IMG/VR virus record: IMGVR_UViG_2061766007_000905
Length of the DNA: 41,437 nucleotides
Strand: one strand, 5' to 3'
Origin: an uncultured virus (IMG/VR IMGVR_UViG_2061766007_000905)
Lineage: Duplodnaviria > Heunggongvirae > Uroviricota > Caudoviricetes
Shown here: positions 14,593-25,192 of the stretch, piece after piece
How positions within the stretch are numbered: the first letter of the stretch is position 1
Layout of the letters: each line of letters starts with the position of its first letter
Made by a program: the position numbers and the translations under genes
Notes under the pieces: generated by a model
Database searches by the model: none
What the model was told of the DNA's origin: nothing
The model's input: the letters and a program-made list of their open reading frames with translations, nothing else

Positions 14593-16998
14593 ATGGCACA
14601 AGATTTTGAACAGTATTTGACCGAAAAGAAGAATAACAACGAATATTCTTCAGACGTTCAGTCCAATTTCTTAACTGAACTGTTTGGCTTCGGCAACAAG
14701 AAGGATGAAAAGCCTTGTATCAGCGTCACTATAGATTTTACTAATGACAGGGTTGTTAACCATATCGCTGATAGCGTAAAGGGGTCAGATAATATAAAGG
14801 ACGCGATAAAGAAGACAATCGTCGACTATATTGCCGATATCAACTACGCATTCAAGAATACCGATGGCAATTTGTTCGCCAGGGGTCTTGAAAATGGCGC
14901 ATTAAGATATTACTTTAAGAAATATTCCAGAAAGACGCCGGAAGGCAACGCCAATGATTTTATTTCCAGAATCGATACGAACCTTGATATGTCCTTTATC
15001 AAGAACAGTGCCGTAGTTAAAGATGATACCTATTCCGACGCGGAAAAGGAAAATCTCGAGTCGTCCTTAAATGCGCTTAATCCGCCTAAAGATTTAGTAA
15101 AACAAGCCAAAGCCAATAAGAATTCTGAAGTATTCAAGCAGGCATTGAAAGATTCTAAATTTATCGGTCAAATTATAGAGAAAATCACAAAGCCAATCAG
15201 TAAAAAGCTTGAAAATGAAAAGACTATCGAGGACAATGGCGAACTCAAGCAAGTCTACTGTGCTCCATTCAAGATTTCCGAAACTCTCATTAAGAAATGT
15301 CTTGATGACGCAAATACCCTTAATGACTTCTGGTATAATATAACAGCTGACGTAGCAAACAAGATGTTGAATGCATTGGAAAATATTGACGATATGATTA
15401 ATTCATATATCGGCTTTGCTCCTATTAAGACATATGGTTTCAATATCTACTTTACAGATATGGACGCTGCTGAACAGTTTGCCGAACAGCTTACTGAAGA
15501 AGGCAAGCCGGAAATCACAAGCAGAAAGCGTTATGCTAATAAGATTGCAAAATATCCGCAGCTTTTGCAGCAGAAAAATGAAGAAATCGGCGGTAGGACA
15601 TTAGCCGCGATGGATGATCCTATTAAGTATTTCATGAATACGATGTTTGCAAAAGAAAAAATCGAACCTGTCATTAAAGAAAAGTTCCCGGGCGCAGATG
15701 ACGCGACATTGGTTCGCCGTTATAGTTTAAAGTGTCCTAAAGAAATAATAGATACTATTATGCAGAAGCATGATACCAATCTTTCTAATTGCTATAATGA
15801 TTATATCAAGCCGATTATTGAACCATTCTTTAAACTGGAAGAATTCATTGGCGCCGGTTCTGAAAAAGATACGTTTGAATTTATCTTTACAAGAAATGCG
15901 TCCGTTGACAATGTAAAAGACCAGCTTATTAATAGCTTGAAGATTAACCGCACGGATATCAGAGTCGAACCATGGGTTTTAACACAGAAAGAAATAAAGG
16001 CAGCGTCTGAATATATCAGGAATGATAATACGGCAGCAAATAACTTCAAGTCATTTATTTCTGAAATTTTGAATAACGGTGTACATAATAAGATTGAATT
16101 AAGCGCACTGGAACTCACATTGCCTGAAAAGACAAGACAGACCTTGGTAAGCACCAGAAACGATGCCAATCCGGACCGTTTTAAAGGCGTTGTAAAAACT
16201 ATTATTGAAGCCATTGAAAATAAATTTATGAAAGCCATCGATTCATGCATTGGTTTTATATTCAATGACGATTATAAGGTAACGGTATATTTTAAAGACG
16301 ATAGCGGTGTATCTTATGCCAAAGAACATTATAAAGCTGATGATGAATTTACGATAGGCAGTTCTGGTAGGGTTACGGTAAGTAATACGGAATTAAAACG
16401 AATTAAGGAATTGCATTTAAGCGACGGCCTATATAAATCAGTCGATAAGAGCATTGACGATGCGCAGAACAACGCAAATAATAAATGGTATACGTATGCC
16501 GTTCAGCTGACGCTGCCGCGCGATATACTTGTGCGTGATCTTAGAGCTGCTTATGACGCTATTCCTAATAATATTAGGTTTGAATCGTTTAAGGCTGCAT
16601 TGTTCGGACATTTATTAACTGAAATGAATATTGTTAACGAGGATGGCGCTCAGACATTATTCCAGACTGCTAAAAACTGGCTATATAATAACGAAAATGC
16701 AAATAATAATGTAAGTACGATCGATAAAAACATATATGAAAAATATTCTGCAATACTTGTGCGCGCTAAGATAGGTAATATAATTGAAATGCTGAAACGA
16801 AATTATAGCAAGGTATTTAAATTCGAGCCTACAAGTATGGATAGCATACGTACGGGCAGTACACAGCTAGGGATTATTAAGTGCCATGAATCGATAAAAG
16901 AAAGCGTGGACAATAATCTTGTAAAGCCGATAAATACTACAGAAGCTAAAAATATAGTACAAATAATAGAAGTTACAAAATATCAAGAAAATAATTAA
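14593..16998 (+). CDS. Large late protein, probable virion/internal head protein
   Basis: TATAAATA at 14561-68, GAGGA RBS, N-terminal FEQYLTE / FLTE motifs. Confidence 0.7.
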   Translation: MAQDFEQYLTEKKNNNEYSSDVQSNFLTELFGFGNKKDEKPCISVTIDFTNDRVVNHIADSVKGSDNIKDAIKKTIVDYIADINYAFKNTDGNLFARGLENGALRYYFKKYSRKTPEGNANDFISRIDTNLDMSFIKNSAVVKDDTYSDAEKENLESSLNALNPPKDLVKQAKANKNSEVFKQALKDSKFIGQIIEKITKPISKKLENEKTIEDNGELKQVYCAPFKISETLIKKCLDDANTLNDFWYNITADVANKMLNALENIDDMINSYIGFAPIKTYGFNIYFTDMDAAEQFAEQLTEEGKPEITSRKRYANKIAKYPQLLQQKNEEIGGRTLAAMDDPIKYFMNTMFAKEKIEPVIKEKFPGADDATLVRRYSLKCPKEIIDTIMQKHDTNLSNCYNDYIKPIIEPFFKLEEFIGAGSEKDTFEFIFTRNASVDNVKDQLINSLKINRTDIRVEPWVLTQKEIKAASEYIRNDNTAANNFKSFISEILNNGVHNKIELSALELTLPEKTRQTLVSTRNDANPDRFKGVVKTIIEAIENKFMKAIDSCIGFIFNDDYKVTVYFKDDSGVSYAKEHYKADDEFTIGSSGRVTVSNTELKRIKELHLSDGLYKSVDKSIDDAQNNANNKWYTYAVQLTLPRDILVRDLRAAYDAIPNNIRFESFKAALFGHLLTEMNIVNEDGAQTLFQTAKNWLYNNENANNNVSTIDKNIYEKYSAILVRAKIGNIIEMLKRNYSKVFKFEPTSMDSIRTGSTQLGIIKCHESIKESVDNNLVKPINTTEAKNIVQIIEVTKYQENN

Positions 16999-17005
16999 CT
17001 TAATA

Positions 17006-17032
17006 AAAACCGGATAATAAATCCGGTTTTTT
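17006..17032 (+). terminator. Intrinsic terminator
   Basis: AAAACCGGAT/ATCCGGTTTT + T-tract after the 16998 stop. Confidence 0.75.
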
Positions 17033-17048
17033 CATTTATAAATAAGAC

Positions 17049-17624
17049 ATGAGCGGAATAACACAACATATTAACGATTTTACCAATAACAAGTTTGAGG
17101 TCAGGTTTTCAAATATCGTAAACATGACCAATTTTGAATTGGATAGCCATATACTTGATAACTACGTGAAGAACGTAAGCGTTCCAGACCTTTCTATCCC
17201 GATGCTAGACAGTAGGTATAAGCACGAACGTCAATTGCACCCGAATCCGATTGGCGCACGTGAGTTGCAGACTATGAATATCGAATTTATCCTTGACGAG
17301 CATATGTGCAACTATTTCCTATTTTATTCATGGATTTATTGGATGCGTTTTGGCGAGCCGTGTGGTAAAACCAATCTCAAGGGACAAGAACTTCTTAGAA
17401 TGGACTGCGTTGACGCTATCGAGCTCGTATCGCTGAACAACAATAATAAGATTATGTCCAAGATGAAATTCAAGCATGCGATACCGACAACATTATCAAA
17501 TTTGAGTCTACAATATGGCTCTGCAGAACAAGTAACATTTGTCGTTACGTTCGAATACGAAATCATCGACTTAATGCTTGAAAATACTGAAGATATTACC
17601 GGTTCTACCGAACATATACAATAA
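17049..17624 (+). CDS. T4 gp3-like tail completion/sheath stabilizer
   Basis: TNNKF, VSVPDLSIP, IEFILDEHMCNY..FYSWI, P..LSNLSL, VTFEY pattern; late promoter at 17037-44. Confidence 0.72.
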   Translation: MSGITQHINDFTNNKFEVRFSNIVNMTNFELDSHILDNYVKNVSVPDLSIPMLDSRYKHERQLHPNPIGARELQTMNIEFILDEHMCNYFLFYSWIYWMRFGEPCGKTNLKGQELLRMDCVDAIELVSLNNNNKIMSKMKFKHAIPTTLSNLSLQYGSAEQVTFVVTFEYEIIDLMLENTEDITGSTEHIQ

Positions 17625-17706
17625 AGATTTTTAGAATTTTTATTTCGCAATGTTAAAAACAGTTTACAAAAACTGTTTTTTTCTTATTTTTATAAATATA
17701 TTATAG

Positions 17707-18201
17707 ATGTTAAAAGATAGCTTAAAGATACCAGTAAATAATGAAGAGTGCGACCGAACTAATAACATAGTCAACGGTTTCTTTTATATTTTGCAGTATA
17801 GGGCAACATCGAGCACGTCGACAAAAGAAGGTTTTGACAGAATGCCAGTCATATATTGCTTCGCGCCAGATATCAGGGATATAAATTGTTTCTGGGGAAT
17901 AAATTTTCATTATTTTAATCCAACCGAACAGGAATTGATTTTTACGAACATGTTACGATATTATAATATTATGGAGCACGACAATAAAAGAGTTTTGCTG
18001 TCGAATGAACAGCTTAATAGAATTTATACGAATATTGGAATTGGCGCCAGGTGTTATAATAGAAAAAATGTTCTTGACGCTTATAGGATTAAAAACCTAT
18101 ATATTCCTAAATATTTGAATTTTAATCCAGAATTCTATATTAAGAATAAAGAGCTAATTAATATTAAATTCAATTTGGCACCAGGTAATAAAGGATTTTA
18201 A
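17707..18201 (+). CDS. T4 gp2-like DNA end protector
   Basis: GFFYILQY, FDRMPVI, FWGINFHYF; late promoter at 17691-98. Confidence 0.62.
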   Translation: MLKDSLKIPVNNEECDRTNNIVNGFFYILQYRATSSTSTKEGFDRMPVIYCFAPDIRDINCFWGINFHYFNPTEQELIFTNMLRYYNIMEHDNKRVLLSNEQLNRIYTNIGIGARCYNRKNVLDAYRIKNLYIPKYLNFNPEFYIKNKELINIKFNLAPGNKGF

Positions 18202-18203
18202 TT

Positions 18204-18509
18204 TTGAATTACGAAAAAATTTATTGGGATATCATTTTTAGAGCACAAAAACGTAACAATAATTTAATTCTTGAGGTCGAAAAACATCATATAATACCGC
18301 GAAGCGAAGGCGGTTCTTCAAAAAAGACAAATCTTGTTGAGCTGACGATGAAAGAGCATTTTATCGTGCATATGCTATTGATTAAAATGGGTAGATGTTT
18401 AAAATACTGCTATAGGCATTTAGATTCGAGTAAGGAATACGTCAAGGAAAAACGTAAAGAACGAAAGAAGAAAGGCCTATATTATGAAGGGATGGAAGAG
18501 CAGGTATAA
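18204..18509 (+). CDS. Small HNH endonuclease
   Basis: EKHHIIPRSEGG..NLVELTMKEHFIVH. Confidence 0.8.
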   Translation: MNYEKIYWDIIFRAQKRNNNLILEVEKHHIIPRSEGGSSKKTNLVELTMKEHFIVHMLLIKMGRCLKYCYRHLDSSKEYVKEKRKERKKKGLYYEGMEEQV

Positions 18510-18516
18510 ATAGTAT

Positions 18517-20823
18517 ATGAATTTAATATATGAAGTTTCAAGCAGCGTAATAAAGAACACTTATAAGGTATTCGCCAGCCTGTTATTTGATAATAACTTT
18601 ACTTATGGCGAACAGATAATGAAACGAGATGGCGAGCCGGTTCTCGCAAACGGCGCTCAACAGACAATTAATCAGTTTGCTGAACGCGCATTGGCAAATA
18701 CGTTTTTTAGAAATGGCGCCGACCGACGTTTTGAACCAGGTGCGGCAAGGATTGCGATTACCGAATGTGGCTGGAATCCATTTAAAGATGGCGATGTCGA
18801 CGTATTAAAAATATCCAGGTTGAAAAAAGTTCTGGAATTTATTAGCGCAAACCATAATGACAGAAATAAGATAGACAATTACTTAAACAATAAAAGTCTA
18901 TCTGAAATATACGCTGTATATAAAGATGAGCTTAATAAAAATAAAGATGTCGAAAATAAGAAGCTGTCGGCAGAAGTTTTCGATAATGAACATAAGTATA
19001 AAATTATCAGAATTGACTCATTCGCACAATCAAAAAAATATAGCGATTTTACAAATCCGAAATCAAGATGGTGCGTAACGTATAATTCAAGTAACTATAG
19101 AGACTATACTGAATCTGGTACTTATGCCATGTATTTCTGTTTACGCGATGACATAAACACGGTGAAGTATAAAATTGGAGAAAATTGCCCGTTAGACGAT
19201 TATGGCAAATCCATGTTATGCGTTATCGTCGACACTGAAGGCGATCTGGTTACGTTCACTACGAGGTGGAATCATAAAGACGCAAATAATAAGCCAGTTC
19301 CGGCAGACAAGGGTGTTGGCGATAAAATGACAGTAAGCCGAATTGTCGGCGTAAATTTTAATGAAGTATTTAAGCCGTATACGCCAGAAGTTCTTCAGAA
19401 AATCAAAGACGCCAGAACAGATGCCAGGATAATAAAGTCATATGAAGAACTTACGGCTAATAATAAGCCTTCAGCTGATTTTGATGAATTTATAAGCGCA
19501 GTTGCTGACTACTTCGGTGACAAAAATGATGATTTACTTAATGACGGCGCAGGCGAAGACGATTTATATCCGATAGATACGTATGACGATATTTTTAACC
19601 TGATTGATGAATATGAAGAAGATACGAATGACTTAGCAAACGACTATTCATTTGATATATCGAGATGCACCGCATATGGAGACAAGGCGATTATTGCGTC
19701 GACCAACGGCTATTATAAGCTTGTTACATTTAAGACAGAGTTAACCGATTGGTGTGATAAAATTCTTTTATTTAATAGAAAATCGCCAATATATTTTGTA
19801 AAAGAACATGGCGCTGATTCTTATTCTATCCGCGGATTTAAAGGAACCATAAATGCAGACGAGTTAAAAGGCAAAAAGATAACTAACGCCCGATTAGAAC
19901 CTGGTTTATACGAAAATCGAAACGGACGATATTTATTTATAGTGCAATTGGATTCCGGCGATGAATATCTTGCCGAAGTATATGAGAACGTATTCCATTT
20001 GTCGTCAAAATTTGACCTTCCGAATGATTATGTAATAAAAAATGATTTATATATAGATTCTGCTAACAGGTTTAATTATCCAGAACAACTATATGGCGTA
20101 TGGAAAATTCAGCGGAAAGACAGCAATGAATTTAACCTATGTTCAACCGGTAGTGAATTTAGGCCAATACTAAAAGATGAGTTTAGTAGCTTCGTGTCAG
20201 GTCTATCAAATGCGGCTACCGATATGATGTTATTAAAAAAGGGCGACGACTATATAGTATGTAGGCTGAGCAAGGATCTATCGGAAGCCGAATATATAAC
20301 AGATTCACCAGTAGCTAATAAGCCATTAAAACTACGTGATGGTACATATATAATAGTCAATAATATGACGCTGGCTGGCAAATTAAATAGGCGTGAAGAT
20401 ACCATATATAAATATGACTTAACAGTATGCACAAATTATAAGATATTTAAATTAAATGGCATATATGCGACTGAAAGGATGTTGAGCCATTGGTTTGAAC
20501 CTACATGGGTACATCCGACCGGCTATATAGAAGCGCCGAAAGAGGTATTGTCCAATAACTCAGGGGCATTAGGCATATATTTAAAAGATTTAAGTAATAT
20601 GGAATATGTTATAATAGATACGCGCGGCAATACACTTTATACAGACGCAGTAGGCCGGCAATATAGTCCATGTACAATAACAGTTGAATGGGATGTATCT
20701 TATGATATAGCCGCAATAGTAAAAATTGGTTATTCTTATGAAAAACGCGTGCATCTAAAAGATATGTTTAAAAACATAAAAAGTGAATCGGCTATGTTAA
20801 ACTATGCAGCATTTTTGTGTTAA
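18517..20823 (+). CDS. Large late protein, paralog of 25193..28210
   Basis: Late promoter at 18505-12; shared WCVT..YFC..GKSMLCVIV..TTRWNH domain. Confidence 0.75.
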   Translation: MNLIYEVSSSVIKNTYKVFASLLFDNNFTYGEQIMKRDGEPVLANGAQQTINQFAERALANTFFRNGADRRFEPGAARIAITECGWNPFKDGDVDVLKISRLKKVLEFISANHNDRNKIDNYLNNKSLSEIYAVYKDELNKNKDVENKKLSAEVFDNEHKYKIIRIDSFAQSKKYSDFTNPKSRWCVTYNSSNYRDYTESGTYAMYFCLRDDINTVKYKIGENCPLDDYGKSMLCVIVDTEGDLVTFTTRWNHKDANNKPVPADKGVGDKMTVSRIVGVNFNEVFKPYTPEVLQKIKDARTDARIIKSYEELTANNKPSADFDEFISAVADYFGDKNDDLLNDGAGEDDLYPIDTYDDIFNLIDEYEEDTNDLANDYSFDISRCTAYGDKAIIASTNGYYKLVTFKTELTDWCDKILLFNRKSPIYFVKEHGADSYSIRGFKGTINADELKGKKITNARLEPGLYENRNGRYLFIVQLDSGDEYLAEVYENVFHLSSKFDLPNDYVIKNDLYIDSANRFNYPEQLYGVWKIQRKDSNEFNLCSTGSEFRPILKDEFSSFVSGLSNAATDMMLLKKGDDYIVCRLSKDLSEAEYITDSPVANKPLKLRDGTYIIVNNMTLAGKLNRREDTIYKYDLTVCTNYKIFKLNGIYATERMLSHWFEPTWVHPTGYIEAPKEVLSNNSGALGIYLKDLSNMEYVIIDTRGNTLYTDAVGRQYSPCTITVEWDVSYDIAAIVKIGYSYEKRVHLKDMFKNIKSESAMLNYAAFLC

Positions 20824-20905
20824 TTGAAAAAACTAAATAAAATTTACAAAGTATTGCAGTCAGCAATACTTTTCTATATTTATTGTAAAAATAAGGAAAC
20901 GTAAA

Positions 20906-21742
20906 ATGAAAGTATTAATATTTGACATATCAAACTTAATGATGCGTTGTCTTTTTGCACAAAAAGTAGATCCTACCGAAAAACGTTTTGATTTATTCAA
21001 ACTTACATTTTTAGGGTCATTTACGAAAGCATTAAAACAACATATGCCAGACAGGGTCATTTGGGTAGAAGACTCGGAAAGCTGGAGAAAGGAATTGTGT
21101 CCGGAGTATAAGGCGAACCGCGCTGCGAAGAGAGAACAGTCGGTCGTCAATTTTGATGTATTTTTCCCGGTAGCTACTGAATTTTTTGAAACATTGCATA
21201 AATGCTTTAGAAATATTCCGTTTATCCGCGTGCCAAGGGCAGAAGCTGATGACTGTATAGCCACCATTGTCAAAAACAAGCCAGAATGGAACATTATAAA
21301 TATCTCGTCTGACAAGGATTTCTATCAGTTGTTCAAGTATGCCAACTATTCGCAATATGACGCGGTTAAGCATGAATTCGTACAGTGCCTTAATCCTGAA
21401 CATGCACTGTTGCTTAAGATTATAACTGGCGACAAGTCTGACAATATTGCCGGTCTGAAACGCGGCATAGGTCCAGTAAAGGCATTAAAGATAATTAACG
21501 AAGATGTCGATAAATGGATAGAAGAAGAAAATCTTAAAGAAAAGTACGAACTTAATACAAAGCTTATTTCATTTAATTGCATACCTAAGGAAATAGAGCT
21601 TGATATTATGAAAGCACTGGATTCGTTCGAATATCAGGAATTCGATACTAAGGCTTATTTTAAGTTTGTACAGATGAATGGCCTTGTCGAATTAATGGAC
21701 AATATGACAGAATTTACAAACTTGATTAAAGGATTAAAATAA
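20906..21742 (+). CDS. rnh: T4-type RNase H / 5'-3' flap exonuclease
   Basis: FDISNL, WRKELCPEYKANR, EADDCIA, SSDKDFYQL, GDKSDNIAG, GIGP. Confidence 0.9.
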   Translation: MKVLIFDISNLMMRCLFAQKVDPTEKRFDLFKLTFLGSFTKALKQHMPDRVIWVEDSESWRKELCPEYKANRAAKREQSVVNFDVFFPVATEFFETLHKCFRNIPFIRVPRAEADDCIATIVKNKPEWNIINISSDKDFYQLFKYANYSQYDAVKHEFVQCLNPEHALLLKIITGDKSDNIAGLKRGIGPVKALKIINEDVDKWIEEENLKEKYELNTKLISFNCIPKEIELDIMKALDSFEYQEFDTKAYFKFVQMNGLVELMDNMTEFTNLIKGLK

Positions 21743-22218
21743 TGGAAACTAAAAGTGAACAGAACTATTTAAAAGAAGGCCTTGCCGCGCAGCATACTAT
21801 TTTTGAAAGGCTTAAGTGGTATTATGACAAGTTGCCGCGATATACAATCGAAGAATCGCCTGAAGGCTCAAGGAAAGACCTTATTGAAAAAATCGATATT
21901 ACTGTTACTGACACGTTAAATGATACTGAAATAAAATACGATATAAAGAGCACGAAATACGAAGACAAAATTACATATACATATATAAATCCGCTTGGTA
22001 GAAATAGTAAGCTTGCAAATGGTGACTTTTCCATAGATTTTATTTTTACTTTCGGTACATATAATATTGGCTATATTGTAAAGGCTGAAGATTTGTATGA
22101 TGTTCTTCAGGACCGAATTAGGGCCAAGAAAACATATAAAGGTAAGACAAATCCTAAAAGCAAATATATTTGGCTTACGGTAGACGACATCAAAAATATG
22201 GCGGTTGGAACAATATGA
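21742..22218 (+). CDS. Putative PD-(D/E)XK nuclease-like protein
   Basis: DLIEKIDI...YDIKS motif. Confidence 0.45.
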   Translation: METKSEQNYLKEGLAAQHTIFERLKWYYDKLPRYTIEESPEGSRKDLIEKIDITVTDTLNDTEIKYDIKSTKYEDKITYTYINPLGRNSKLANGDFSIDFIFTFGTYNIGYIVKAEDLYDVLQDRIRAKKTYKGKTNPKSKYIWLTVDDIKNMAVGTI

Positions 22219-22721
22219 GTAATATAAATTATAGCATAATTGTAGCGGTTTCTGACAATAATGTAATCGGCAAGAATGGCGGCATGCCTTGGCATTTGAA
22301 AACCGATTTGCAGCGATTTAAGAAATTGACTGACGGTCATTGCATTATCATGGGGCGTAAATGCTTTGAATCAATTGGAAGACCTTTACCGAACAGGACG
22401 AATATCGTTGTTTCGTCCAATCAGGATTTGGAAATTCCGGGATGCATCGTTAAGCCTTCTTTACAGTTCGCTGCGGACTATGCGAATTCGAAGAATGACC
22501 TTACGCCATTTATTATCGGTGGCGGAACCTTATATAAGCAAGCGATAAACCTCGTAAATTACCTATATCTTACACGAGTCCATACGACGATTCTGGACGG
22601 AGATACATTCTTTCCTGATATCAATATGGGTCAATGGGAAATATTGTCCCAGGAAGAGTTTAAAGCAGATATGGATAACGATTTTGATACGACATACATG
22701 GTTTTAAAAAGAAAGCGTTAG
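22215..22721 (+). CDS. folA: Dihydrofolate reductase
   Basis: IVAVSDNNVIG, MPWHLKTDL, IMGRK, PLPNRTNIVVS, IIGGG, GDTFFP; start ATG 22215. Confidence 0.96.
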   Translation: MSNINYSIIVAVSDNNVIGKNGGMPWHLKTDLQRFKKLTDGHCIIMGRKCFESIGRPLPNRTNIVVSSNQDLEIPGCIVKPSLQFAADYANSKNDLTPFIIGGGTLYKQAINLVNYLYLTRVHTTILDGDTFFPDINMGQWEILSQEEFKADMDNDFDTTYMVLKRKR

Positions 22722-22740
22722 CTCGTATTATAAATAATGT

Positions 22741-23076
22741 ATGATAGTTAATTTTAAAGAAGTCGACAAAAAAATTGAAAAAATCTTAAACATATTGGTC
22801 TCCAAAGGATTCTCGTATGAGATTTTTTCGGAAAAAAGATTTAATATAATCGATAACAACGTAAATTTCGCTGAAAAGAGAAATATCGGAGTTATTACAC
22901 AGTATAATGATGGTAAGATTTCTGTAAGGATTTATGGCCATAAAAACCGTCATAAGCTTAAGGATATTATGAAGGTCAATGAAATAGTAATTAAACCATC
23001 CGAAGGCGTTTCTGATGCTTCTTCCAAGACGACTAAGTTGGTTAATCATTATATTAAATCTGTAAAATCATTATAA
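22741..23076 (+). CDS. Hypothetical late protein
   Basis: TATAAATA at 22729-36. Confidence 0.7.
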   Translation: MIVNFKEVDKKIEKILNILVSKGFSYEIFSEKRFNIIDNNVNFAEKRNIGVITQYNDGKISVRIYGHKNRHKLKDIMKVNEIVIKPSEGVSDASSKTTKLVNHYIKSVKSL

Positions 23077-23106
23077 ATATATAAAGAAATTAGGAGATTA
23101 ATCACT

Positions 23107-23493
23107 ATGGACTATAAACAGGATTTCAAAAATTACTACGAAAAGAAGCTTCAGGAAGAATTCGAAGCTGCTCAACAGGCTACAGCACAGCAAAGCTATC
23201 AGGCTTCACAGACAGCTAGCAGCAGCCTTGACAGCGTTGTAGCAAGATATATCGGCAACGATATTAAGGAAGGTCTTAAGCAGCTCGCTACTGACCTCGG
23301 TACTGCCATTTATAACTATATTATTTCTGACAAGTACATTCAGGACGAACTCTTCAATGCGCCGGACGATAAGACAAGCTATATTGACTTGATGACTCAG
23401 AAGATTCAAAAGGGTGCCAATATCACGCTCGTTGACCATCTTCGTAAGATGGCTATCGATATTTCTAACGCTAAGAATACTATCACTAAGTAA
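23107..23493 (+). CDS. Hypothetical late protein, possibly virion-internal
   Basis: TATAAATA at 23072-79, AGGAG RBS, biased codons. Confidence 0.75.
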   Translation: MDYKQDFKNYYEKKLQEEFEAAQQATAQQSYQASQTASSSLDSVVARYIGNDIKEGLKQLATDLGTAIYNYIISDKYIQDELFNAPDDKTSYIDLMTQKIQKGANITLVDHLRKMAIDISNAKNTITK

Positions 23494-23556
23494 TTTTCAG
23501 AAAAATTTATAAATAAACGGTGTAAAAACCGTTTATTTTTTCTATATTTGTAAACA

Positions 23557-23874
23557 GTGTTTTATAAGCCAATGGTGAACATATTAGATCAGTGTAATTA
23601 TACTAGGCTATCAGCTCTTTTTTATATGAAGAATATAAAATCTAACGAGGTGATGGGCGATATCATATTTGTAGATTTATTAAGACATAAGATAGACGTG
23701 TTGTCCTTGAAAGATAAATTTCTATGGTTTAAATGTAAACCTAAGCTTACAAAGAAAGAATACCAGTTTTCTACATTTTCTGAATTTAAGCGTATCGTAA
23801 TTAATAATGAAAAAATAGTAAACGACTTCATTGACAAGTCTATAGACTGGGAGAACAGAAATGAATCCTTATGA
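23557..23874 (+). CDS. Hypothetical protein
   Basis: ORF following a terminator hairpin and TATATT box. Confidence 0.6.
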   Translation: MFYKPMVNILDQCNYTRLSALFYMKNIKSNEVMGDIIFVDLLRHKIDVLSLKDKFLWFKCKPKLTKKEYQFSTFSEFKRIVINNEKIVNDFIDKSIDWENRNESL

Positions 23875-24082
23875 ACAATACATGTATAACGGCTCATTAA
23901 TCGAAAGCATAAAAGATACATTACAAAGTTATGGCTATACCTATGATGAACGTCATGGCTGGTATAACGAGAATGAAAGCAGGCTTAATAGCGAGCAAAA
24001 ACGTATCGCGAAAATCGGTATCGAAAAAATGAAGAAAGCCGTCGACGAAAATAATAAATTGATAAAAGAGCTTAATATCTAA
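23861..24082 (+). CDS. Hypothetical protein
   Basis: Overlapping start with GGAG RBS. Confidence 0.65.
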   Translation: MNPYEQYMYNGSLIESIKDTLQSYGYTYDERHGWYNENESRLNSEQKRIAKIGIEKMKKAVDENNKLIKELNI

Positions 24083-24089
24083 ATTAAAA

Positions 24090-24108
24090 ACCCCAGGTTG
24101 ACTGGGGT
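24090..24108. terminator. Bidirectional terminator between convergent genes
   Basis: ACCCCAG-GTTGA-CTGGGGT flanked by A- and T-tracts. Confidence 0.72.
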
Positions 24109-24113
24109 ATTTT

Positions 24114-24581
24114 TTATGCTGCTTTTACTTCAAGCTTCATATATTTATTCTTCGCGTTGTCGAGGTCGTCAGAACCCCAGTGCTTGTCGCCACCCGCGAA
24201 TAATTCAAGACATTTATCGGCTACGCCGGCTTTGAACCTGCTGATGCCGCTACAACGCCAGATGCCACGAATAAAATCGTCCGCTTCTTCACGGCTGAAT
24301 ATTCCGCAACCTTTAAGCGTATAAAGACAGTCGTGGACAATCGCGCCGCAATTATATTTCATGTTCTTGCTGTCCCATTTCGGAAGAAACCATGTAAATG
24401 CGGACGGGATAGACGCTCCGTCTGTCTGGAAACCTTTTTCCAAGTATACATTAAGCTTATAAGTCTTTTTATTTTTTGTATACGTGACAATGATTGTGGC
24501 CGGATTTACAAATGTATATATTCCGTCTTTTTTGCCGACTGTAATTTTAGAGTAGTTGACGCTCTGTACTGTTATTGCCAT
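24114..24581 (-). CDS. DUF1353 family protein
   Basis: GFQTDGASIP...GAIVHDCLY...SREEAD; GGAGG RBS. Confidence 0.85.
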   Translation of the reverse strand: MAITVQSVNYSKITVGKKDGIYTFVNPATIIVTYTKNKKTYKLNVYLEKGFQTDGASIPSAFTWFLPKWDSKNMKYNCGAIVHDCLYTLKGCGIFSREEADDFIRGIWRCSGISRFKAGVADKCLELFAGGDKHWGSDDLDNAKNKYMKLEVKAA

Positions 24582-24628
24582 AATATACCTCCTTTGTGGC
24601 CTATATATTATTTATTATAAATAATTAT

Positions 24629-25096
24629 ATGATGAATTTTGTAGACTATAAGAAACAGTATGAGCGATATTTGAATCTTGTTACCAAATATCTGCAGACA
24701 TATTTGTTAATCGTGTATATAGGCAATTATGAAGCATTACATGATAAAACTACATCTAAATATCATGTAGCTAAGAAATTTCTGGATTATATGTTCTATG
24801 ACGCCTATATTAAGGAAATACCTCCTGATGGCAGTACAAGCCTTCCGGCAAATATGCAAGGCTATCCGTACTATCATTTTTATGATCCTACGCACCTGGA
24901 TAATATATTCCTTAAAGAATCGTTGCTGAAAAATACGTGGCTGAGGTTCAGACTGTTCATCGATCATGATTATTGCAACTTTATAGAAAACGCAATGCAT
25001 GCATACAAGGACGCGAACCAATGCTATCTTGAACTTTTACCGATTCTGTGCCAGTCGATCGGATTGCCGACATATAGCGACGGAAACCTGGAATAA
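24629..25096 (+). CDS. Hypothetical late protein
   Basis: TATAAATA at 24616-23; start reassigned to ATG 24629. Confidence 0.65.
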   Translation: MMNFVDYKKQYERYLNLVTKYLQTYLLIVYIGNYEALHDKTTSKYHVAKKFLDYMFYDAYIKEIPPDGSTSLPANMQGYPYYHFYDPTHLDNIFLKESLLKNTWLRFRLFIDHDYCNFIENAMHAYKDANQCYLELLPILCQSIGLPTYSDGNLE

Positions 25097-25192
25097 CGTA
25101 TATCTAAATTATTTTTAAACGTCAAGTTAACTTGACGTTTATTTTATTATATTTGTAAATTGTTATAAATATATTAAAATTATTGAGGTATT